64,000 nucleotides of DNA. Origin: Vicugna vicugna. Taxonomy: Eukaryota. Below, one piece after another: positions 53,513 through 64,000 of this stretch. A model generated the notes under the pieces. That model saw only the letters and a list, made by a program, of their open reading frames with translations, was not told the origin of the DNA and searched no databases. Location of the stretch: contig MU058384.1 of NCBI GenBank assembly GCA_013265495.1, forward strand, positions 619,622 to 683,621, written 5' to 3'. The translations under genes were made by a program, and so were the position numbers. The first letter of the stretch is position 1, and each line of letters opens with the position of its first letter.

Positions 53513-56500
53513 TTTAAATGGCTGTATGTTTAAAAACTGCATTTTTTTCTTCTGGAAATGTTCTGTGGTATGCTGTGGACAGATTGGTGGACGGGATTCT
53601 GACCATCACCAAATACTAAGCCTAGCTTTGTCCCAGCTGCCACTAACTAAACTACACGACCTTATGGCCAGGCACTTCTCAAAAGTCTGTTTTTTATTTG
53701 CAAAGTGAGGATAATATTAATGATATCTACCCTAAGAAGTTTCTGGCTGGCTTGTACAATAAGCATTCATTGATAACAGACTATGAATTTAAATTTTCCT
53801 TAAAATTATTTTCCTTAGGAAAACACTGAAAATATTTTTCTCTAGATGGCATTATGTTGATAGGTAATTTTCCCAGATATGTTAACCAATATTTTGGTCT
53901 TTGCAAACTTTAAAAATGTTTTTGGAAAAAGATATTTGAAATATGCATATTATTTTTAGCAATAATGATTGGTAAAGATTTACATGAGGAAATAATTTAT
54001 TGCAGGAAAAAGTCTTAAAAGTTTGTGTTGTGTGTATGTGTGTGTGGCTTAAGTGCATCATGAGTGGTGTTAAGTGATGGGTGCTACAGATGTAAAAGGC
54101 AAATAATGGTCATAACAATCAACAATTTATGAAGTCAGTTTTATTAATAAGACCAATGAATATATAGTCAAAATAAGAGAGAGAGAGGTTATTAAACAAA
54201 GCCATACAGTTTGTAAAGCCATAGAGGTAGGATTCAAACCCAGGGGATAGGGACCCAGTGGTAAGCATTAAATCATTATGATTCGTTATTCAAAACATTG
54301 AACAGGCATGAGTAGCCTAGCATGACTTCACTGCACGCAAAAGTTTTGCTATCAGGAATAAGAATAAATACAATGTAGATGCATGTTAATAAAAACAAAT
54401 AAGGCATAGTAATTATTATAATGTATAATCATTTAACATTAGGATAGTTATTTGTCAAAATATAAAATTAGGATTCTTTGCTCTTTTGCTAACCCCTAGA
54501 ACACATGCTCTGATTTTTTAAAATAGCTCTTACTTACGAAGTTGACTCTCCACCCCACCCCACCCATCACCACCACCGAGTTTTGATGAGGTTACTAAGG
54601 AGGTTTTAGAAATGTGACTATCGTCTGTGTCCTACCCAGAAATGATTTATCCCTTAGGTCCTGACATACTCATCAAACACAAAAAATATATTCATTTAAG
54701 AAGAATATCAATTGATTAATTATAATAAAAAAATAACTGTGGCAGGAACCTGAATTCTTATGTCAGCTGATCAGCAAATCTCTCTCTTTTCTCTCTCTGT
54801 GTCTCTCTCCTTATTTTATTGGCTGACCTCCAGTACTGCCATTCAGTTATGAAACCCAGCCTTTTATTTCAGGGATATACCTGCCAAGTAGGCACTTTTA
54901 CTCTCTAGGGCTCTCTCTCTTCTGCTCAGTGCTGGAGACTCACTGCCCCACACCCTTTTTTCATGCTTGGATGTAGTTTACCCACTTTGATTGGTTAATA
55001 TTTTTCCTGCAAATGTAATACTGTCCATTTTGTTAGAGTCTAGTTTTCTTAGTTATAATTACAAACCAGTTATATCTTTTTGAAATCATATTGTAGTCAT
55101 CTTTACTGGTCATGAGTGCTCCCTAAGTTTCTTAGTCACAAGTTTATAAATAAGCTCTTGAATTTCTTATTATTATTATCTAATCTCATCAAATATTTAA
55201 AGATTTTATTCATTTACTGGTCAGAAGGAAATAAGACTGAGGGCTCTTCAGTTTTTCCAGAGAAGACTGAGTACTGACCTGCATATGTTGCCATTCTTGT
55301 TAAATAGTTTCTCTCAAAACAAATCTGATGTTATTAAAACAACAAAAACAAATCGTGAGTTCAGTTAATTCTGAGATCTGAATCTTTCAAACTATGTAAA
55401 AATGTTAGAGTGACTGGTCAAATTAGTGGTCTCTAGTTTAATCAGAATAAAAAAGTGTGTTAAACTAACCGAAGCATCCTTTTGAAAATAATTGTGCATA
55501 TATGTTAATGAATTTTCTCATTTAATTAAAGCACTGATTGAATAACTAAAAGATCCAGATGCTGTAGTAAGCCTTGATGTTATCATAAAAAATAAAATGT
55601 GGTTTTTATCCTTGTCAAGCTCTCATTCTTAGTGGAATAACAGACAGACAGGACAATAAAGATTAAATTCTAATTTTGTTTCCTAACCTTGATCCGTTCG
55701 TCTCACCAATCAATTTGATGGCTTCTTTTGGACAATTCTTAGACTTAACAAAATACTGCAGTAAAAAGAAATGTAAAGGCGAGGAAACTGGAGTGAGATA
55801 ACTGTGACATGTTTCATGTGGAATGGGATGAGGCTGTCTAAGGTTTCAGATTAGCTTTTTTAATGGAAAAATATAAGCATATACAAAGAGAAAACAATGG
55901 TAAAATGAACCCTCTGAAGCCATTACCCAGCTACAATAATCATCCTCACTTTCTCATGCATCTGGGTTTCTGTTCATATCCACCATTACCCTTTTGAAGC
56001 TAATGCCAACTGTAATATCATTTAATTCATAATTATTTCAATAAGCTTCTCCAAAACATAAGTACACTTTGAAAAACAGATATTCATGAATAATTTATCA
56101 TCCCTAACAACCCGACAATACCTACCTTAAAATTCTTCAGTAGACAATATTCAAATTTTGTTCTGTAAAGAAGCTGATACTATGTAGATCTTGTGATCTT
56201 TTTGGATTTTTTCCCATTCTTTCATACCTTGTCACTCATTTTGTTAGTGTGACTGTGGATATTTTAGTTTTGTTATCTGAGTTCAGTTATTTGTGGGAGA
56301 ATTTATAGAAACTCAGAACTATCACCATCTCTCCAGATTACTAAATTCTACACCAGTATAAATATGATATCTATTAGCTTATATAATATAATTTAGTTTT
56401 CAATGAGGTGCGATTTTAATTGTATGTGTATTAATACCTTTGCAGAAAGTGAATAATTTTGTCCTCATTACATGAATGGATATTATTTTTTAAATATTCT

Positions 56501-57752
56501 TCATGCTACTGTTTGCCCCGTCTCACAATTTATGACTAAGAGCTGCTATTTCAGTGTCTTCTTTACTCTTGATAAAGTGAATCATGAAAATGACAAAAAT
56601 ATGATTTCAATGACAAAAATATATTTTTAAATCATTTGCCTTTCATTCATGCCTGCATGTCCAAAATGTGCTTATGATAGGCAATTAAATAAGTTTACTA
56701 GGTAAACATGGGAAAATTGAAGAGCTTCAAATATGTTTTAAATTCTGTTTATACTTATCTTTAAAATATAATATCCAGTTTGTTTGTTTTTTTAATTTCT
56801 TAAAAACCAAAGGACTATTTAAGCTTGAAATTGTACTGTAAATTTTGGAATCAAAAAGCAAATTTAATCAGTCAGAATGTATATTTTAAGAACTTATGTT
56901 AGTGTGAGAACATATCTTATTCCCAGATGATAGCTCCCTCATCCTATAAATCTTAGCATAAAACCATCTCTTACAGTATGAAATTCAACTTAATTGACTG
57001 ATTGACAAATTGGTTTAGTCTGTAGTTATTAAGTAGCATTTAATAAGCCCCACTCTGTAGGTGACACGTGCTGAACGTTCAACGTGTGTTTTCTGTGTAA
57101 GCATTTTTTTTTTCCATTTTGCTTCCTTTAAAAGCATCATTTTTCTTTTCTCTTTTTTTTGAGGTGACATTGGGTAGAGGTGTTAGAGAAGGGGAAAAAA
57201 CAATATAAAAGCACTATAAAAACTAAATTCAATACCCAAAATGAGCTGATACAAACTACCTTAATAAAAATCAAATGCAGAGGGTGTTAATTACTTGCAA
57301 TATATATAGCAAATATATACAGTAAAATTAATAACCTGAAAAACATCTCAATAAGTAACACCTAGAAATCATGGGTAAAATGCAATAAATAACCTTTTAG
57401 GGACCAAAAAAGAAGAGGGAGCAGAAAATAAAGTGGGTAATCAGATACTCCATCTGCCAGTCCTGGTAACAGAAAAGTTTGAGTATTAAGAGATCCATAG
57501 AAAGAGACCAGGCAGGCTGGAGAGCTGTAATTGAGTCTCTTGTGTAAAACAGCAATACTCCAAGTGTGATTCCCTTAATTCAATAGTAGAATGGAATTTT
57601 TAAAAATGCCATAGTAAGACAACAAGGAATTATCAGCTCTGGCTTAAATTATGAGTGGGGTAACTATACATAGTTACATAGCTCACATGTAAACATGTGT
57701 AAATCAAATTATATATATGTATATAGATAGATAGATAGATTTAGTTTCAGAC

Positions 57753-57840
57753 TTTTTTTTTTAATCGAAGCACAGTCAGTTACAGTGTGTCAATTTCTGG
57801 TGCACAGCATAATGTCCCAGCCATGCATACATTATATTTT
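57753..57840 (-). mobile_element. Short L1 3' tail
   Basis: poly(T) followed by aatcgaagcacagtcagttacagtgtgtcaatttctggtgcacagcataatg. Confidence 0.7.
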
Positions 57841-58099
57841 TCACCAAAAGAACGTATCTTCATGCAAATCTGGGGTTTGAATTTATATGTTTCCAGAATA
57901 TTTTAAACCAAAAAATAAATTTTGTAAAATCCGCATTTAGATACATCTTAGTAAAACTATAGAACTCACAAAGACAAAAACAATATTTGAATAAGGCCAC
58001 CCCCTCCATGAACATTTCTTTAGACTGACAGCATATTTTTAAAATGACAAGAGTAAGTAAGAGCCAGAGTGTAAAAGCATGTGATGGTGATGACACAGA

Positions 58100-59830
58100 A
58101 ACAGCTGTTAGCATAGTATTTTATAATCATGTACAAAAAAATTTAAGGATGTAGCCAAAACAAAACCAATTTTAGGCAAACAAAAACAGATTTTTTACTA
58201 AAAGACCCTATGTAGGAATTTCCAAAGTGTGTACTTTGGGTTGAGGAAATGAAAGCCAGAGGAAGCGCTAAGATGTAACCTGATCAGTTAACAACAACAA
58301 CAAAATTGTAAACATATGAGTAACACTAAACAAAGTTGGACTAAATAAAACAAAAATCAAAGTGGTCACTTTTGTAGGTAAAAATAAGGTAGAACTAAAC
58401 TATTGGCTTGTAGAGGTATGCAGGTTGAAGGAGAGTTAGTTGAAGCTACAGATTTCCAATGTTTTAGTATTACTTAAGAGAAAAATAAAGAAATATATTA
58501 ACTGTAAACTTTACCAAAATAATAGGAACATTTAACTATTGATAACAATTAAAATAATTGAAATATAAAATCTGATGTCCAAAGCACTAGAGGGGGAAGA
58601 AAGATAAGCACCAAATGAGGCAGAAATTGAATGAGACATGGGAAAGAATGTGGGAAAATATAAAGTGAATAGCAAGAACTAAAATGATATTTGCAAAAAT
58701 AAAATTATATCAATGATTATAGGAAGTGTAAATGGGCTTAATTCACCAGTTAAACAAACATTGTAGATACAATTTTCAAAAATCTATTTTACTTTCATGG
58801 AACACACATAAGACACATAAACACAGAAAGTTTAAAGGAAAATAATACATATATGATATATAGTATATCACCATATAATAATAATATTAATAAATAGCAA
58901 ATAACATTACATAAAAGGTCAGGTAAAACAGACTAGGTAGCAAAGCTATTACTAAATATAAAGGTCACTGCATACATTAAAAATATCATTCATTGGGAGG
59001 GAACAACAATTTTAAATTTCTTGTTACAAAATAATATAGCCTTAAATACGTATAAAACAAAAATGAATAGTTACTGGGAGTCTTGAATTCACCAATATTG
59101 TGGGAGATTTTAACCCCCGTCTTAAAGGACCAGGTTGATCATGCCTCTGGAAGATGCAGATGCCTTGAATAATGTTAGCAGTAAACTTGACTCAAGGGCT
59201 ATGAATAGGATTGCCAATCTAGCAATTTAGAAATCCACATGCTTCTCAAGAACACATGGCATTTTAAAATAACACATGCTAAGCCATAAGCAATGTTTCA
59301 AACATTAAAGAATAATTACTGTGAGGAGTGCTTTCTCTGACAACAATGTAAGCAAATAATATTAAGGGATAATTCATGACAAGTAAAACCTGAATAACTA
59401 ATAAAAATATGAAATGGGATTTCAGTAATCAAGAACATACAAACTGCAATAACAATGAGGTACTTTTCATACTCATGAAATTAATAGTCTAGTTTTACTG
59501 AAAACTTTTTTCTTATTAATGGTAATGGTAAATGCCATAATCCTTTGGAAAGACAAATTCAGGGACTAGCTAGTGAATTTGAAGATAGTTATACTCCTTG
59601 TATCCCACTCATGGACCCTTGAGATCTTATGCACACTGAGACGTGAAAAATATTCAAAGCAGCAACATTTGTAAAGCAAGAGATTGGAAAAAATCTAAAT
59701 GCTCCCTGAAGAACAAGAGATAGACTTTGTATCTTTTCAGTGATTTACAACAGAGAAGTGAATGGACTAGAGCGACATGTATCAACATGGATAAATCTCA
59801 AAAACATAAATTTGAGTGAAAAAGGTCTAG
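58100..59830 (+). mobile_element. Very old degenerate L1 including endonuclease-domain remnants
   Basis: gtaaatgggcttaattcaccagttaaa (VNGLNSPVK, ~58727) and attgtgggagattttaac (IVGDFN, ~59097) are L1 EN motifs. Confidence 0.7.
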
Positions 59831-59865
59831 GAATATGAAGAATATAATGGTATTTGTATGAAGTG

Positions 59866-60050
59866 TTTTCTTTCTTCTTTATTGAAGTATCGTTGATTTA
59901 CAATGTTGCAGGTGTACAGCAAAGCGATTCGGATATATATGTATAAATATATACATTAAATAAATATATGTATAAACCTATTCTTTTTCAGATTCTTTTC
60001 TATTATAGGTTTTTACAAGATATTTAATATAGTTCCCTGTGCTCTACAGT
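59866..60050 (-). mobile_element. 5'-truncated L1 3'UTR
   Basis: attgaagtatcgttgatttacaatgttg...aatatagttccctgtgctctacagta; reverse complement of 34270-34425-like sequence. Confidence 0.85.
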
Positions 60051-61689
60051 ATGAATGAAAGAATACAGTTAGGTCTGAAGTTTAAAATAATTCACTCTAG
60101 CTAAAAAGGATTATATCTCGTTTGCAAAAACAAATGTCTCTAGTAAGGTTAAAAATACGTGCATAAAAAATAATAAATATCAAATTCAGTGTCATGGCAT
60201 CCTCATCATGGGGAAAAAGGTTGATAGAGTAGGGGACATTGTGGTTCTCAGCCATTTGGAATGTCCTATTTCAGAAACTGAGGGGTGATTATACAGGTGT
60301 TGATTTTCTTACTCTGTATGCCTTTTGGTACAACTGAAGTAATTTGTAACTTATTTAGAAAGTCAGCTTCAGAACTTCCACTTTTGTTTTTGCAGGGACG
60401 TTTCTTGCCACTTTTATAAACCTAAACATGAACTGATGACTTAAAAAAATAAAAAAGTCCTTCTGCAGCCCAGTTGAATCTGCTTTCTGGTATTTGAACT
60501 ACAGAACTGAGTTAACAGAAAGAAACAGGATAGGACTGGACAGTGCTTATACAGATAACCGAATAGCATATAACAAAATAATCTGACTAAAAGATTTATT
60601 TTGTTCTAGGATGTCCCCAACAAGGTCCCTCCCTGTGTAGCCACCACCACCTCCCCTCTACTAACTATGAATATCCTCACAGTCAAAAGGAACAGAAAGT
60701 TCTGGGAAAGATGATCTCAGATGTAGGCTTTTTGTTTCTTTTTGGTCTTTTCTGATCATTGACATCAGAGGCCTATCTCCCCAGGGATACTGGCCTCTAA
60801 TCTCTAGGGGACAATTCACATAATATCTGAATGCCATCTGTTAAGCCAAATATCTTTACTGGAATATGCACACATTTGAGTGAGTTTTCTGGTTATTTAA
60901 TATTGTCACAGAAAAGACAGAATTAGTAAACAGCCTTAGTGCCTGCTCAGCAGTGCCTGTATAATCCCACAGAGAAAAGTGAGGCGCTGCATTTTGACTA
61001 AAACTTTTTTTCCCCTACCACAAAATAATATTGTTTGGTCAGTTGCTCACATCTGGGTTCTAATTCTAAATCCTTCACTTACTACCTATGAAAGCATGAA
61101 AAACATCCTTGAACTACTGAATATCAGTTTTAGTATTCATAGGACTGCTATGGGAATTAATATGTAAAATTTGTTAAAATAGTGATTATTATTAATAATT
61201 CATAAGAAATATATGCATAATCTCCAAATTAAACTATTCTACAGGTCTTCTGTTCCTTCTAAAGCTCAAATTAGCTTATTCCCTGAAATCTAAGATTTAA
61301 GAGGAAAATAATGCAGGCTGCCAGTTAAAAAAAAAAAAAAAGCCAGTGGCAATTCCAAATTGAGATGTTTTCAGTGCCTACTCCAGATACTCCAGTTTCT
61401 CCAACAAGAAGGAAGGAATTCAGATCCGATATAGAGTTCAGCATTGTATCCAAGTTTGCTGCAGATTTCTTTCTTTCCCTTTCTTTCTTTCTGACAAATT
61501 TTATACAACTCCTTGTTAAAAGCAGGTTAATTTTTAAAATTTGTATATACTGGGAAAAACAGGCAGGACAAATATTTCTGAGATCTTGGAATGCATAAGA
61601 AAATTTTACAAAAATCACAATCTGTCTATACTATAGATTTATTGTACAGCATTGCATTAAAAAGATAGCTAGCATGCTTGAGTAGGTAT

Positions 61690-61890
61690 ATACCAGACAG
61701 TGGGCTAAATCCTTTAAAAGATTATGTTAGATAAGTTACGCCTGAACTCTGCCCTATGAAATAAGTATCATTATTAGCTGTGTTTTACAAATCAGTTAAC
61801 TAAGGCAGTTGTTATAATTTGTCTATGTGATCAAGTCAGTGGCTGAGCTAGGATTGGAAACCAGCTCTTTGCTTATTGAGCCCAAGTTCT
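61690..61890 (-). mobile_element. MIR remnant
   Basis: ccagacagtgggctaaa...ccctatgaaataagtatcattattag...gagctaggattggaaaccag. Confidence 0.65.
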
Positions 61891-63699
61891 TATAATTCTA
61901 ACCAGCACCCAGGAACCTGGTCTATTTTCCATTGGCCCTGAAAGGGACATAACTTTCCGTTCAAGGAATATTCTATAATGACAAACGATGGAAAGGCAGT
62001 GCCGCCCTAAGGTCTCCAGACAGCAGCAACAGCTATCAATCACGCAGCAGATAAATAGATTTCAGAAGTTTTGTGTACAATATGTTCTTGAATTTAGACT
62101 TAAGCTCAGGCTGACATACAGTATTTCACTGCTAATGTGATCTCTTTCTAGCAGTAGGGAACATTCCTTTATGAAATTGTGTTGCATAACTCGTTTGCTT
62201 CCTAGCAAAACAATTTTTGAATTTCTGTATAATTTCTGTTAAATCTATTTTTAAAGTTGAAGCTTAGGTCAAATGCAAATATGAATATCAATTTATCTAG
62301 CATGCATAATTTGTAGTCTGTGTGGAACTGACTCATCTGTCTTTGGTATCCGGCAGTCACGTGAACTGCTCTCCTGCTAAGAGTGACCTATTCATCCTTC
62401 AAATAAACATTCGCAAGAGGAAGAAAAACAGTATGTACACTTCCAAAGGAGGGACAACATATTGTGCCTGAGCCAATGTGCTTGAGTCAGTTCTGTCAAC
62501 AGTCTTTGGAATTTAAAGTTTCTCATGCAGAAAGCATGTGGAAATGCTGAGAAATTCTAAACGTAAGCAATCTAAAAACATTAGGATTATGTTCCTTTTT
62601 AAAATATGAGTGACCAAATGAGTAAAGAAGCTTCTTGAGTATCTGCATGATTATTGTGAAACATGAATTATGAAAAAAATATGCTTGTCTCTGTTATGTA
62701 GAGACATGTGTTGTGCTCCTTAGTTTAATCTGGGAAAAGGCATTTCATGTTACTCCTTTAATATCTGTATTCTTCTCAGCTTCATCCGTATCTGTAAAGA
62801 TATACTCAAGGGCAAATGCTTAAGGTGCTCTACATGTTTTTTTCTGTGAGGGAAGAAAATAAACCACCATGTTCACGTTAAAAGATTTTTTAAAATGCAT
62901 ATATCATTTTCAATAAAAATGAAGAATAATACCAACTAAGAAAGAAACTGATTTTCTGGGAAGATTTTTCCATATTTTCAATATAGAATAACTAAAACAA
63001 GGAGAATGAACTTATGTTCTGAAAAATTAATCCAGCTTTAAAATGATAAATGACTACTTCCCTATTATGTACTATTTTACAGTTATTTTTAGATAAAATT
63101 TGAAAGAATAGTTTAAGAACTGTTGGGTATATAAATGGTTTATCCCTAGATGTGAACACACTTTACCTATCATCTGGCATGACATCTCCTATTTACGTGG
63201 CTTTTCATAAAGGAAATGGAGAACTATATTACTTCTCTGGTATAAAGGTATGAAGAAAATGCATTAAATATAAGAACCTGTAGTAATGTATAGAATTTAA
63301 AACAATGGATTCCCAACAAAGAATTTAACCTTCAAAAAGTCATTGATAAGGATTTATCATTGCAATTGGACATATCACCTTTAGATTAAGGTTATTTCAC
63401 CTTAGTAATATAGAAAACATTAAGAATTAAAAAATGGAATGCCAGACTTTCCCAGCAAGACTACCTCCAGTTTGGATCTCCTTCTGACCCAGAATTTCAG
63501 GGGTAATATACCACATTTTCCCCTTAATATCGACTTACTGAGGTGGCTAGGACATTGTTTTATCTAAAAAGTCCTGTATGGTGGGGAGGGGCAGAGAATG
63601 GAGGAAACTATTCAAGATTAAAAGAGATGAAAAAGAAAAACAAATTACAGTGTGTCAACCACAAAAGTCAATCCTACAACAGATGTTAAAATCTGAATA

Positions 63700-63822
63700 T
63701 GAATAGATGGTAAGTCACAATAGACTTTCAGCCTCCATAACGTGAGAAATATATTTCTGTTGTTTGTAAGTTACCCAGCTTGTGATATTTTGTTATGATA
63801 GCCTGAACAGATTAAGAGAACA
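63700..63822 (+). mobile_element. MLT1 LTR 3' fragment
   Basis: agactttcagcctccataacgtgagaaatatatttctgttgtttgtaagttacccag...ttttgttatgatagcctgaacagattaaga. Confidence 0.75.
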
Positions 63823-64000
63823 TCCAAATAGAAATAGTGACCATGAACTTACATATGTTAAGTCTGGAGGTGGGGGATGCGTGAGTTGGAAATACAAATC
63901 TGGGAGTGATCAGTCTATGAAAGATATTTAGAGCCATGAGACTAGATAACTAATGAGTCATTACTAATAATAGCTCATAATTACTGATCATAATGAGAAC

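Noticed and set aside
60610..60722. Candidate plus-strand internal exon (ttttgttctag|G...GAT|gtaggc)
   Set aside because: The acceptor is plausible, but the donor is weak, the peptide is unrecognised and I found no partner exons.
55..61618. The remaining ORF-track entries as protein-coding genes
   Set aside because: They are short, many use non-ATG starts, and they have low-complexity AT-driven composition or lie within L1/LTR repeats. None resembles a protein I recognise other than L1 ORF2 pieces.

Overview
AT-rich, CpG-poor mammalian DNA that looks intergenic or intronic. It is probably camelid: a tRNA-Ala-derived Vic-1-like SINE is present, and I saw no Alu, Bov-A/BovB, PRE-1, ERE-1 or Can-SINEs. 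The window is dominated by interspersed repeats: many L1 fragments of different ages (one with a clear twin-priming 5' inversion), L2 and MIR remnants, MLT1/MaLR LTRs, two younger-looking solo ERV LTRs, hAT MITEs and microsatellites. The only recognisable gene-derived sequence is a minus-strand processed copy of TPT1 (TCTP) at 33141-33625. It is complete to the 5'-TOP cap site but lacks the 3' end: homology stops at about the exon 4/5 junction, with no poly(A) or TSD. It keeps an uninterrupted 139-codon ORF with a new C-terminus and lies just upstream of a co-oriented LTR. I found no exons of a host gene and no convincing novel biological system. The other listed ORFs look like chance or repeat-derived frames. 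Repeat family names and most repeat boundaries were judged by eye and are approximate.
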